Shown here: in pieces, positions 21,661 through 31,999 of the stretch
Position numbering within the stretch: position 1 is the stretch's first letter
Layout: each line of letters starts with the position of its first letter
DNA from: an uncultured bacterium
Lineage (GTDB): Bacteria > Babelota > Babeliae > Babelales > Vermiphilaceae
Reading direction: 5' to 3'
Assembly (NCBI GenBank): GCA_963702025.1
Contig: OY969699.1
Span: 256,001 to 320,000 of the forward strand
DNA length: 64,000 nt
Translations under genes and position numbers: made by a program
The notes under the pieces: generated by a model
The model's database searches: none
The model's input: only the letters and a program-made list of their open reading frames with translations
Told to the model about the DNA's origin: nothing

Positions 21661-22221
21661 ATGAAGTATGGACAAATATGCATAATCATTTTTGTCTATT
21701 TGCATCAAAGCGTACTCTCAGAAGAACATAAACAATCTCCTTCAAGATGGTACCACAAAGTTATGGGCGCAGGATGTATCAGCGCCGGCATTTTTTGTGG
21801 CACACTTTCAGTATATTTGGACCGTGAGATTGAAAGAAGAAAAACAAATCTGGGCATTCACGCTTTATATCCCCTTTCATATTTATTGATTGGAATCGGG
21901 GTAGAAAAAATAATTAACCAATCAGTTATGTTCGGCAATGAAAAAAAACCAATACATAAGCCAACAGTCTCGCTACAAGAGCTGAGCAAACAAGAATCAT
22001 GCAAAGCATTGCTTACAAAAATAACCGGTTACACTTTAGGCGCACTCTGTTTGCGACGATTATTCTCGCGCACAGAAAACAAGATTCCCCTTGTCTTGAG
22101 CTTAGCAACCGGTTCGGTGGCGCTCTTATACGCATCGCGCAAGCATACACTCAAGGCGGAAAAATATCAGCATGAGCACCAAGAAGAATTGATACAACAA
22201 TTGGCATGTGCATCGTATTGA
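21661..22221 (+). CDS. Hypothetical membrane protein
   Basis: Signal peptide, about four hydrophobic segments, ends CASY*. Confidence 0.6.
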   Translation: MKYGQICIIIFVYLHQSVLSEEHKQSPSRWYHKVMGAGCISAGIFCGTLSVYLDREIERRKTNLGIHALYPLSYLLIGIGVEKIINQSVMFGNEKKPIHKPTVSLQELSKQESCKALLTKITGYTLGALCLRRLFSRTENKIPLVLSLATGSVALLYASRKHTLKAEKYQHEHQEELIQQLACASY

Positions 22222-22318
22222 TACGAGTGTGAGAAAATCGTAGAAAAGTTAAAAAATCTTCCCTACTCAATAAAGAGAACTGTATTATGATGGAGTACTA
22301 AAAAAAGGAGAAAGTACC

Positions 22319-23113
22319 ATGAAAATATTCGGCAAAATTCTCTTGTGTATCATTTTTAGCTCAGTAATAAATGTAAGTGCAGGCGAAAAAATATATAACC
22401 CGCTTAGTTTAAAAGAGACAGCCATACAATCAATTACCAAAGAAATAGTTGCCCATATAAACAAATTAGCAATCAAAGATCCGACAGCTTTTAATAGAGA
22501 AACAGAATCGATTGTTAAAAAGTTACTTTCATTGCCTGTAGACCTTCAAATGGAGATTTCGACAACAATAATAAAAGATATGCCGGGTAAAGAATGGAAT
22601 TTGCCTGGTAAAGTGAGCGCTCAAGCCTTATCTGCTACCAGACATCTTAGAGCAGATAATCTTCTCGATCTTCTACGAACTTTTATAGATAGAACAATGA
22701 GTGGTTACAACAAAACCCAATTAATAAAGTTTGTGGTTGAGCATAACACGCAACTATTTCATGCTTTTCCATTCTTAGTTTTAAGGGCAGACTTAGATAA
22801 GACAAAAGAAGAAAATTGGATACTCCAATTGCTTCCTTATGCAAACGATTTAGACAAATTTACGGCACTCTATTATTTAGCTAACAGTTTTGTACCCAAT
22901 AGCGATAGACAGAAGGGATTAGAATTTTTGTTAAAAAGCGGCGTTAATCCAAACATTCCTTATCGCGGCAGAACATTACTCTCATACCTTAAGGAAAAAC
23001 AAAAAGGATATGCCGTAGCGCCAGAGCCTGATGCGGCAAATATTTATAAAAAGTACTATGACAATTACGAAGCTGCAATTAAGCTCTTAGAAACGTATAA
23101 GGCAACCGAATAA
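22319..23113 (+). CDS. Secreted protein with BC-box/F-box-like motifs and a degenerate ankyrin C-terminus
   Basis: AGGAG RBS; PLSLKETAIQSI; LLSLPVDLQMEI; LLKSGVNPN...GRTLL. Confidence 0.6.
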   Translation: MKIFGKILLCIIFSSVINVSAGEKIYNPLSLKETAIQSITKEIVAHINKLAIKDPTAFNRETESIVKKLLSLPVDLQMEISTTIIKDMPGKEWNLPGKVSAQALSATRHLRADNLLDLLRTFIDRTMSGYNKTQLIKFVVEHNTQLFHAFPFLVLRADLDKTKEENWILQLLPYANDLDKFTALYYLANSFVPNSDRQKGLEFLLKSGVNPNIPYRGRTLLSYLKEKQKGYAVAPEPDAANIYKKYYDNYEAAIKLLETYKATE

Positions 23114-23114
23114 C

Positions 23115-23849
23115 TTATATCACCTTCTGCTTTGTGCCGATCAAAAAGAGCAAAATCCCAGCGGCAACTGACGCATTATACGAAATATCAGCTGTTTTTT
23201 GGGGCAGGGTAACATGAGTACCCATTTTGAGCACCGAGGGCATAATTCCTTCACCTTCAGAACCTATCACCAAGCACAGGGGAGATTGATAAGGAACTTC
23301 AAGTGCATTCTGTCCGCCAAAGGCCGCAAGATAAAGATTGTATCCGGTACTTTTAAGCGCTTGTGCTGCCACAGGAGTCGATTGAGCAACCATAATTTCA
23401 AGGTGTTCTGCCAACCCAGCTGAGGATTTGAGTGCAACCGCGTTGAGTGGTGCAGCAAATTTTTCCACTAAAACAACACCATCTGCACCAGTACAAAATG
23501 CGGAACGCAAAATGGCGCCAACATTGCGCGGATCCTGAATGCCATCAAGCAAGACCAAGAATTTCTGTTTTTGCGGGTCGAATGGCTTACTGCGAAAAGG
23601 AAAATGTTGCACCCATGCAACCACCCCTTGATGATCACCAGTTTTTGCCATATTGGTGAGCACATCCCGCGAAACATACTGAATCGGAATGGCCCGCTCA
23701 GGCAACAATTTTTCTATTTTTGACCATGCTTTAGGAACAGGGCGGGTGGTATAAATTGAGATTACTTTACGTCGTTTTGCCTTGAGAACTTCAATAAGTG
23801 GATGAATTCCATAAATGAGTTCTCCGGGCGCTTTATTCTTTTTATCCAT
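23115..23849 (-). CDS. rlmB: 23S rRNA methyltransferase, SpoU/TrmH family
   Basis: LDGIQDPRNVGAILRSA, GSEGEG and SYNASVA. Confidence 0.92.
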   Translation of the reverse strand: MDKKNKAPGELIYGIHPLIEVLKAKRRKVISIYTTRPVPKAWSKIEKLLPERAIPIQYVSRDVLTNMAKTGDHQGVVAWVQHFPFRSKPFDPQKQKFLVLLDGIQDPRNVGAILRSAFCTGADGVVLVEKFAAPLNAVALKSSAGLAEHLEIMVAQSTPVAAQALKSTGYNLYLAAFGGQNALEVPYQSPLCLVIGSEGEGIMPSVLKMGTHVTLPQKTADISYNASVAAGILLFLIGTKQKVI

Positions 23850-24085
23850 CTGGAACTTTTAAAATAAGGTTCGGTATGCTCGTCTATAATTTCAAAGATA
23901 CCGATATACGCTGAAAAAACCAGCACTTATTTGCACAAATAGCTAAGTTCGGTTACGTTTATCAATGAAATGGTTCATATTGATCTTGAAATAGTTAAAA
24001 GCCTAATCTTCATTTTGATTTTTGCTCATTTTCAATCGACTCATTACTTTATAGTGCACAGTGTATCTCACGTGGAGTTTTTTTC

Positions 24086-25774
24086 ATGAAAAAAAAATAT
24101 TTTTTACATCTTCTACCGTTAGTTTTTGGCGCGCAGGCAATCGTTTTAGAAATTCCTGAGCAGCAAGATCTTCAACTTTTGAGGACCTATCAGCAAGGAC
24201 CGGGACTCATTAGTAAAATCAAGCGGACCTCTACAAAGCTCGGTTTGGAATATTTAACCAAACAAGTCACCAATCCTCTCGCAGACATCGTCGCGCTTAA
24301 GGCGCGCCAAGAATGGACCAAGCAGATTATGAGCGATCCGGCCCTGCAACAATCGTTGGAAGAGCACCTCAAAGTATTTGCTTGCGCTGAATCTTCCTTA
24401 AATATTGGCTGCGCCACCGACGATATATGCCAAAGCGTAATTAGTAATTTTTATTTTAAAAATAAATATTTGCGATGGCTCAACAACTATCCGGCCGGGC
24501 TTGAACTTGGTCAGCTGGCAACTATTGCAAATCTTTCAGCGCCGCTTATTGAGCATGCCATTATTCATTTTTTCATCAGCAAAGAGCTTCATGAACGGTT
24601 GGGCATTTGTGGGCATCCTCATGCCTGCAACGATCCTCATCATCATGCATCCTTTGGCGCACAACTGGCCTATAATAGCTATAACATTGCACACACCGGC
24701 ATCCATTTGATTGGTGCTAAAGGGGTTTATGATCACGTAAAGCAACAAGCAGATATCATCAAATCAATGCAATCGGAACTCATTAAATTACGCCATGCAA
24801 TAGAAAGTGCGCGCACCCTAGTGTCTCTTATTGATACGCTTGCCATTGACCATGTAAGATTTCCCGACACTCAAGAACCGAACATTTTTCATAGCGATAC
24901 CAATTCCGCCCAGCTCACGGAACTTTTAGATCTTCTTTCTCATGCCACCTTCGATGACCAACCATCATTTTTATCGCGGCCGGGAAATATTTTACGCGCG
25001 TACGCATTGGCCCAAATGGTGCATCATGAATTGCGCAGTGGATTGGCCATAATCGGTGCTATAGATTTTCAGGTTAGCTGTGCGCGCTTGATGCACGAAA
25101 GCAAGCAGGCTTTTGTTTTTGCCGATTTTATACAAGCGGCAGAACCACTCTTGCAGATTAAAGGATTTTGGAACCCGCTTGTTGCTGATATGCAACCAAT
25201 TGATAATGAGCTTATTTTGGGCGACTCGCACCCTCACATTGCACTAGTCACTGGGCCTAATAAAGCAGGAAAATCAACCGGGCTTGGCGCCTTGAGCACC
25301 GCCATTATTCTGGCGCAAAGTCTGGGCATAGTGCCGGCTCAATACTGCGCGATTACGCCATTTTCTCACATCAAAACCGGATTTAATATGACCAACCGGG
25401 TGAATCATGGCCAATCATTGTTTAGCACATCACTTGATTTTGCACGCGAAACAATTGCGTATGCCAAAAATAATCCCCACCATTTTGTTTTTATTGCCAC
25501 CGATGAATTATTTAATAGCACCGAATATTCTCAAGGATTAGAAATTGCCGCGGACTACATTCGTGAACTTGCTGAATGCAGCAATTGTATTGCGCTCATG
25601 GCAACCCATTTTGCCCCACTCACGGCCTTAGAAGAAGAAAATCCTGCGGTAATTAAAAATTATAAAGCGGAACTGACAACTACCAATGGCACACTCCGCT
25701 ATTGCATCGAACCGGGCATTAGTGAGCCGGGGAACACACTGCGGCTAGTGCAGCAGGATTTGTTGAAGAAGTAG
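24086..25774 (+). CDS. MutS-related ATPase (domain V) with N-terminal signal peptide
   Basis: TGPNKAGKST, SLFS, TDELFNST and ATHF. Confidence 0.85.
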   Translation: MKKKYFLHLLPLVFGAQAIVLEIPEQQDLQLLRTYQQGPGLISKIKRTSTKLGLEYLTKQVTNPLADIVALKARQEWTKQIMSDPALQQSLEEHLKVFACAESSLNIGCATDDICQSVISNFYFKNKYLRWLNNYPAGLELGQLATIANLSAPLIEHAIIHFFISKELHERLGICGHPHACNDPHHHASFGAQLAYNSYNIAHTGIHLIGAKGVYDHVKQQADIIKSMQSELIKLRHAIESARTLVSLIDTLAIDHVRFPDTQEPNIFHSDTNSAQLTELLDLLSHATFDDQPSFLSRPGNILRAYALAQMVHHELRSGLAIIGAIDFQVSCARLMHESKQAFVFADFIQAAEPLLQIKGFWNPLVADMQPIDNELILGDSHPHIALVTGPNKAGKSTGLGALSTAIILAQSLGIVPAQYCAITPFSHIKTGFNMTNRVNHGQSLFSTSLDFARETIAYAKNNPHHFVFIATDELFNSTEYSQGLEIAADYIRELAECSNCIALMATHFAPLTALEEENPAVIKNYKAELTTTNGTLRYCIEPGISEPGNTLRLVQQDLLKK

Positions 25775-25779
25775 GTATT

Positions 25780-26868
25780 TTAAACTGTTCTTCCGGCCAC
25801 TTTGCCCGTGACCGCAACATAACAAATGCTGACCAATACACATGCCAAATTTACCGAACTTGCCACGGTTTGTATCACCAAGCTATTTTCTTTGAGCCAT
25901 TCTTTAATATTGAACCATCTCTTCGATTGTAAAACATCAGAACTCAATACAAATTTTTGGTAAGCACTTTCCAAATTCTCTTCTCTCAAAAAACTTAACG
26001 GCAAGCCGGCCAAAAAAACCTCTTGATAAGCTGCTTTAATAAGAAGCTCAAGCTGGCGAGGCGAAAACCCATCAGTTTTCTTGGCAAGCTTCCTTAAATA
26101 AGCAAAGCTACACAGATCACTATGTTTTTCAAGATAATGCTCAATAATTCTTAAGCGATCATTCCAGCTACTTTTCTTAATTTCAACAATGTTACCCTCA
26201 AACCGATCCTTTAGTTGTGGCGGTAATTTGGTGACATCATTTGCCGTACCAATAACCAAAATATTGGGGTTATTCACATATTTATCCAGCAATAGCCAAA
26301 GTGCAGACCCGCAACCAATATCTTCGCCCATTATATTCGATTTGCGTTCAACAAAAACATTAAGCTCATCAAGAATAATCACACATTTCCTCTTGCTTTT
26401 CTCCGCAATCTCAAAAAAACGGGCTAAATTAGCAATTTCAGAATTTTTATATTCATTACCAAGAACCGGCATTAAGACAAAGTAGCAATCGCGCTTGAGT
26501 TTATATGCAACAATTGCTGCCAACGTTGATTTGCCACAGCCGGGAGGACCAACCAATAAAATTCTGTTGGGCAAAAGAAATTTGGTGCTCTTATCATATT
26601 TATTTTCATCGAACATTTTATTTATGAGATTAACATAATCTTTAAGGGCCTCGGGAGCATTGTCATAAATATATTCAGCGGTTGCCTCACTCTCCGGAAG
26701 AGATCCCTTTCTCATAGCAGCAAACATCGTCTCAAAAACATACTTCTCATGGTCTGTCGGCTCTTGTTTTTTTGGCTGATCCTGATTGGTCGGCGGATTC
26801 TCTTGATCAGCGAATGCGCCCATAGTAAGAAGCAATAAAAAAACGGCAAGAAGATTCTTTTGATTCAT
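25780..26868 (-). CDS. AAA+ ATPase with signal peptide and C-terminal hydrophobic helix
   Basis: GPPGCGKS, IILDE, IGTAN...LKDRF and TDGFSPRQL. Confidence 0.9.
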   Translation of the reverse strand: MNQKNLLAVFLLLLTMGAFADQENPPTNQDQPKKQEPTDHEKYVFETMFAAMRKGSLPESEATAEYIYDNAPEALKDYVNLINKMFDENKYDKSTKFLLPNRILLVGPPGCGKSTLAAIVAYKLKRDCYFVLMPVLGNEYKNSEIANLARFFEIAEKSKRKCVIILDELNVFVERKSNIMGEDIGCGSALWLLLDKYVNNPNILVIGTANDVTKLPPQLKDRFEGNIVEIKKSSWNDRLRIIEHYLEKHSDLCSFAYLRKLAKKTDGFSPRQLELLIKAAYQEVFLAGLPLSFLREENLESAYQKFVLSSDVLQSKRWFNIKEWLKENSLVIQTVASSVNLACVLVSICYVAVTGKVAGRTV

Positions 26869-27012
26869 GGTGTCCCTAAAAAGCATCATTAGTAGATTCG
26901 TAGCTTTACAATTCTTGCTTAATTACTTCTGCCCCATCATTGAGAACATGATATTTTTAGGTAAGTATAACTTTTTTCAGCTAAAACTTCATCTATTACC
27001 TGCAGAAATTTT

Positions 27013-27420
27013 TCAATCTACAAATGTAACTGTTGGTTCATAAGAAGCAGCTAAATCCAAAATCTCATCATCAGTTATAATGCTAAAATGAATAACTTTA
27101 TATGAATCTGATATTCCATGAGATTGTTCAGACAACCATTTTAAATATTCAGAATTTTCAACTTTAAAAAAAGTCCAGTCACCATAAAATTTAGGGGCAT
27201 AGTTTTCATCAAGATAACCTATCGTTAACAATCTAAAAGTTTCATCAGTATTTCTAAAAGCATGGACAGAATGAGGAAATAATACCGATACTTTCTTTGA
27301 TTCTTTTTGCGCATCGACAAGCAGAATTTTAAATCCGTCAATGCTTACCGAGATCGATTCTATATAATATCTATCTGCCAGGTTATCCAAAGGCTTCCAT
27401 TGAGACCATTTTTCTTGCAT
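27013..27420 (-). CDS. Probable orphan immunity protein
   Basis: Small acidic, aromatic-rich ORF (FRNTDE, FFKVENSEYLKWL, HFSIITDDEILD) in an array downstream of a toxin-like gene. Confidence 0.55.
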   Translation of the reverse strand: MQEKWSQWKPLDNLADRYYIESISVSIDGFKILLVDAQKESKKVSVLFPHSVHAFRNTDETFRLLTIGYLDENYAPKFYGDWTFFKVENSEYLKWLSEQSHGISDSYKVIHFSIITDDEILDLAASYEPTVTFVD

Positions 27421-27466
27421 TTTTTTCCTATCGCGTACGTACTTTGATGCTTTTCACAATTGATTA

Positions 27467-27772
27467 TTAGCCTTCCCAACTAATATCCTGGGGATATTCA
27501 TTCTTCGTAAGAGTGCGTAATGATTTTAATATTACTCTATAGTTAATTAATGGTAATATTCGATCATCCTTTTTTTCAAAACAATCATCTTTTTGACTAT
27601 AAATACAGGCAGGATTCTCAAAATTTTTAGATTCAAAAAAATAGATTTTTTTCTGCAATGAATCAAGGCCAATATAATAAACTACATCCGTATCATCATT
27701 ATCTTTATATACTGAATAGTAATGTATATTATTTTTTTCAGAAGCTTTTCTTATGTCAATCACATATCTCAT
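27467..27772 (-). CDS. Probable immunity protein, paralog of 27778-28083
   Basis: NNIHYYSVYK and PQDISWEG shared with the neighbour. Confidence 0.6.
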   Translation of the reverse strand: MRYVIDIRKASEKNNIHYYSVYKDNDDTDVVYYIGLDSLQKKIYFFESKNFENPACIYSQKDDCFEKKDDRILPLINYRVILKSLRTLTKNEYPQDISWEG

Positions 27773-27777
27773 ATTGC

Positions 27778-28083
27778 TTAACTTTCCCAGCTTATACTCT
27801 CTGGAAACACATTATTTTTAATGGCATTTATACCTTTAATTATAGGACAAGCATTAATTTGAGGTTTTAAAGCTAAATCTTCTTTTACAAAACAATCTAA
27901 TTCAATATCATAAATGCAGTCTGGTGCGGTAAATTCCAAAGTCTTGTAAAACAAAATTTTTTTTGTTAACGGATTTAACCCCATATAATAACTGATTTCA
28001 TCAAGAGAATCATTTTTATATACTGCATAATAGTGAATATTATTTTCCATACCAATTTTTCTAATAAGTATTAGACGACCCAT
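27778..28083 (-). CDS. Probable cognate immunity protein of 28094-30277
   Basis: Starts 10 nt after the toxin stop with an AAGGA RBS; NNIHYYAVYK...PESISWES. Confidence 0.6.
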   Translation of the reverse strand: MGRLILIRKIGMENNIHYYAVYKNDSLDEISYYMGLNPLTKKILFYKTLEFTAPDCIYDIELDCFVKEDLALKPQINACPIIKGINAIKNNVFPESISWES

Positions 28084-28093
28084 ATGATTCCTT

Positions 28094-30277
28094 TCAATGG
28101 AAAAGCTCGCATCTCCAATTATGAATACCATCGACATAAGTATGCAATTCTCTGTTTGTTAGCTCTGGAAAATTCTCAGTTAATTTACTTTCAGCAAATT
28201 CATGCATAAACCATTCCAAATCACCTTTCCCAAAAGAATTATTAACCAGCCTTTCCCAACTTTCAGCAATATTTTTATCAGGAGCAAACCGATTTAATCC
28301 TTCATCTAAGTTATGCTTATTGTAAAATACGTGTTCCTTAACTCTTTCCACCCATTTTTTTTCGATTCTAAGGTTTTCAGATACTTTTTCAATATCAACT
28401 TTATCAGCTCGAACTTGTTCATAAAGTTGGCTGGCCTCTCTATCTAATGCTTGAATATCTGCATCAATATTAATATGATCCTTTACTTTTAAATCCGGCA
28501 CCTCTTTTTTTATTTCCTTAATTCTTTCCAGACAATCCATATAATCTTTATCCTGCGTTAGCTGACCCTCAAACTTTTTGGTTATCTCAGGCTCGGCTAA
28601 TTTTTCAGAATTCTTATTCTTTTCAGGATCTTCCGGATTTAAACCACCGGACCCTTGAGAACCGGTAATTTGATTATTATTTACCGAATTTTGTTGCTCC
28701 GAACTATCTGCTTTATTTGCAATATCAATGATTACTTGTTCAGGAGCATCTAAAAATTCTTTAATTTCCGCAGTAATATCTATTTTAACTTCTTCATTTA
28801 AAACTGCATTATTATTTTCTTCAAACTGGTTAGAGATGGTATCGTTAGAAGCACTATTCTCAACTGCCACCGGATCATTTTTATTAAGCTGAGCTTCTGC
28901 TGCTTGCGCAGCTTTCTCCAATGATTTATTTAAACTAGCATCATAGACATTCAGTAAGACTTTATATTTTGACTCAAGATCAATTTTTTCATCATAATCT
29001 AACTTCTTATATGAATCCTTAAATGCCTCAATAAAAGCAAGCGCTTCGGAGAATTTACCTTCTCTGCAAAGTATTTCTACTTTTTTTAAATTTAGAATAA
29101 ACGGACAATTGTTTATTTTTTCAGGCATATTTTGTTCTGGTTCTAAGCCATATAATAGCTTATTGGTTGCAGAATAAATCCATGAACCAGCGTCAAAAAA
29201 TCTATCTTGAAAATCGGCTTCACCAGTCTCATAATCATGCGCCAGATGATAGCCAGGCAATGCTCTTTTAGCATACAAATAATCTAAATAAGCTTTTTGA
29301 TTCCCTCCAAAAGTTGCCTTAATCGCTGGGGATAGAATATTAAAAAGTTCTTCCCGCTTATCGCTGCTATTGATTATATTAAAATCTTTATTAGCATAAA
29401 AAAAATTTTTGAACTCAGTTCGAATTTTACCTCGTAAATCCGGATCAGAAATACTTGCCCAAATTCCAGTAACATCTGGAGAATTTGATAGAGCTTTTAA
29501 TTGAATGGCCAATGCCTTGAGATTATTGCTTGGGGACATCAGTTGTTCAAAAATAGTCAACGCTACTTGTTGTGTCAAAGGTTCGCTCATTCCAGAGGCT
29601 CTTTTTTGTGCATAATCATCTGGCATTCTGCTAACAGCATCATAATCAACACTATCAGGATAAGCTGGATAATCGACCGCATGGCTATCATTGTTGTATA
29701 CATTTTCATATGAAAAATTAAAATCCCGATTCGTTGATTCGATACCACTCACTTCCACCGGTGAAGATAGGGGCTCGGATACCGGTGCAACTAAATCATT
29801 AATTTCAGCAGCAAGGATAGTTGTTTCATTCTGCGCCACAATTGATGAAGATACTCCATAGTCACTTGTTGCATTCATTGTTTCTGTGCTATGCGGCGAA
29901 TAACTTACTGAACTTGTTTCTATATCTGTTGCACTGATGTTTGAAGGCTTGTCGTGCAACATTTTTTCAACTATTTGATCTGTATAACTATTTGGATTCT
30001 CAAAAATGCGGCCAGTACTCAAATTGTTATGGTCATCCACCAGACGAATGCTTTGATAATCAACGTAACTTGTGTTCGTAGAATCATTTGTTGGATAATC
30101 CGGCGCATTATCCAAAATCGACTTAAATCCCAGCACAGCATAAGCTGCTTCAACTGCCTTCTCGACATACGGCTCGGCTTGCCAGAGCAAATTTGCCATT
30201 GGAAAAGAAGATAAACAAGAAAAAACTAATATTAAAGCCTGATATTTTAAAATAAATATATAACGATTAATAACCAT
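28094..30277 (-). CDS. Secreted polymorphic toxin-like protein
   Basis: Signal peptide; low-complexity stalk; GSGGLNPEDPEK linker; C-terminal domain VKEHVF...RFAPD...SWERL...HEFAE...H. Confidence 0.65.
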   Translation of the reverse strand: MVINRYIFILKYQALILVFSCLSSFPMANLLWQAEPYVEKAVEAAYAVLGFKSILDNAPDYPTNDSTNTSYVDYQSIRLVDDHNNLSTGRIFENPNSYTDQIVEKMLHDKPSNISATDIETSSVSYSPHSTETMNATSDYGVSSSIVAQNETTILAAEINDLVAPVSEPLSSPVEVSGIESTNRDFNFSYENVYNNDSHAVDYPAYPDSVDYDAVSRMPDDYAQKRASGMSEPLTQQVALTIFEQLMSPSNNLKALAIQLKALSNSPDVTGIWASISDPDLRGKIRTEFKNFFYANKDFNIINSSDKREELFNILSPAIKATFGGNQKAYLDYLYAKRALPGYHLAHDYETGEADFQDRFFDAGSWIYSATNKLLYGLEPEQNMPEKINNCPFILNLKKVEILCREGKFSEALAFIEAFKDSYKKLDYDEKIDLESKYKVLLNVYDASLNKSLEKAAQAAEAQLNKNDPVAVENSASNDTISNQFEENNNAVLNEEVKIDITAEIKEFLDAPEQVIIDIANKADSSEQQNSVNNNQITGSQGSGGLNPEDPEKNKNSEKLAEPEITKKFEGQLTQDKDYMDCLERIKEIKKEVPDLKVKDHINIDADIQALDREASQLYEQVRADKVDIEKVSENLRIEKKWVERVKEHVFYNKHNLDEGLNRFAPDKNIAESWERLVNNSFGKGDLEWFMHEFAESKLTENFPELTNRELHTYVDGIHNWRCELFH

Positions 30278-30295
30278 AATTTCACCCTCTTTGTT

Positions 30296-31903
30296 TTACA
30301 ACCATCCCAATAATGCCAATACCTTTGGCAGATATGGCAGCAAGGCTACCCCCAAATTAAGCAATTGAATATTTCGGCTTTCTTCAGAGCGTCCATCTGC
30401 TTGTACTGCTGTATCTTTTGACAACCCCATAGACTCACGCTGCAAACTCTGGCTTTCCAATGCTCTCAGATTTGAATTTTCAGCGCTTTCTTTACTTACC
30501 ACCAAACCTTCTTTGGCAACTGTTAAAGATTCGAGAGATCTGGTATCGGCTTTCGCGGCGATATCTTTTGATGACTGTAAAGACTCGCGCTGTAAAGCCT
30601 GACTCTCGAGTGCCCGCAAATTTGATTTTTCAGCACTTTCTTTGTTTACTAATAAACCCTCTTTTGCAACTTTTAAAGATTCAACTGATCTAGCATCGGC
30701 GTTCGCGGCAATTTCTTTTTGCACAGCAATGCTTTGAGCAGAAACATCCTTTGATAATTGAATGGACTCACGTTGCAAAACCTGGCTTTCAACCGCCCTT
30801 AAATCTACCTTCGCAGCGCTTTCTTTGCTTAGTCTGATCCCTTCTCTTGCCAATCTTAAAGATTCAAGGCCATTCTTGATAGAAAATATAGTATTAATAA
30901 TGCCAACGATATTTGCTATTGCACCAATTGTTTGAACGGTGTACGTAAAGACTTCTTTTTTATCCCATTCTGTTTTTTCTGTTAACTTTTCATCTTTTTT
31001 TAATTCGTTAAGAGCCTTCATAAAATCAGCGAGCGTTATTACTGGAGTATCAACATTTCTATCCCCTGCCCATCCAAGAGCAAGAACAACAAGCTTGTTA
31101 ATATCCCTATTAGAACGCCCCTTAACATGAGTAATTAATTTTTGAATTGTTTTTTGAGAATCAACTTGTTCTCCCTGTAAACAAGTTAAAATGATGCTAT
31201 TTATTGCATCGGGATTTTTCAAGTATGGAATTTCAAAAATTGACCCTTTTATTCTTGATTGTAATGGCACAGGCATTCCGGTTATTTCATTTGATGTACC
31301 GATAAACAATAATTTATTCTTTATCAGCACATCTAACATTTCCCATAAAGCTGACGGAGTCTCATCTTCAGCTTGATTTTCAGATTTTTTGCTTTTTTTT
31401 CTTGCAAGTTTATCAACTTCATCGACTACGAGATTTGCCTTAGCTCTTGCTGCAATATTTCCGATTCGGCGCAAGCTAGATTTGCCCGAATTTGCATATT
31501 CACTTTCCAACTGGCTACCTTTAACTACCATGAAAGGCATATCCATCTGCTGTAGGACAACATGGGCCAAAGTGCTTTTTCCACTCCCGGTAGGACCATA
31601 AAAAATCATACAATCGGGCAACGCTCGCGTACGTGCACGTCTTCGAGGATCAATTAATCGTTCAACACGCTCCTTAACATCTCCAGGTAAATTAGAAATT
31701 ACCTGATCACAGTATTCTTTAGGAATTTTTTCCAAATCTGTTGAATACGTGACTGCTGCCAAACTCTCTCTTTCTAAATCAAATAAACTAGTTTGTCCGG
31801 ATCTCGATGAACCCATTCCATTCGGCATGGGCCTTTCTGGTTTCTCCTGAGCGGCAATAGAAATAAAAAAACAAAATGAAATGAATGCACATAGCTTGTT
31901 CAT
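30296..31903 (-). CDS. AAA+ ATPase with signal peptide and C-terminal helical repeats
   Basis: GPTGSGKS, VVDEVD and IGTSN; three LRA(V/L)ESQxLQRES repeats. Confidence 0.88.
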   Translation of the reverse strand: MNKLCAFISFCFFISIAAQEKPERPMPNGMGSSRSGQTSLFDLERESLAAVTYSTDLEKIPKEYCDQVISNLPGDVKERVERLIDPRRRARTRALPDCMIFYGPTGSGKSTLAHVVLQQMDMPFMVVKGSQLESEYANSGKSSLRRIGNIAARAKANLVVDEVDKLARKKSKKSENQAEDETPSALWEMLDVLIKNKLLFIGTSNEITGMPVPLQSRIKGSIFEIPYLKNPDAINSIILTCLQGEQVDSQKTIQKLITHVKGRSNRDINKLVVLALGWAGDRNVDTPVITLADFMKALNELKKDEKLTEKTEWDKKEVFTYTVQTIGAIANIVGIINTIFSIKNGLESLRLAREGIRLSKESAAKVDLRAVESQVLQRESIQLSKDVSAQSIAVQKEIAANADARSVESLKVAKEGLLVNKESAEKSNLRALESQALQRESLQSSKDIAAKADTRSLESLTVAKEGLVVSKESAENSNLRALESQSLQRESMGLSKDTAVQADGRSEESRNIQLLNLGVALLPYLPKVLALLGWL

Positions 31904-31999
31904 GATGCTCTTTCGATGCAAAATGTTTAGATATATTGGGAAAATTATCAAAATTTATGTGAGTATTTTTTGAATTTTAAAAAAGTTTTAAACTGTAGC

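Noticed and set aside
30400..30850. CRISPR-like periodic repeats
   Set aside because: In-frame degenerate protein repeats in the AAA ATPase; no constant repeat with unique spacers and no cas genes
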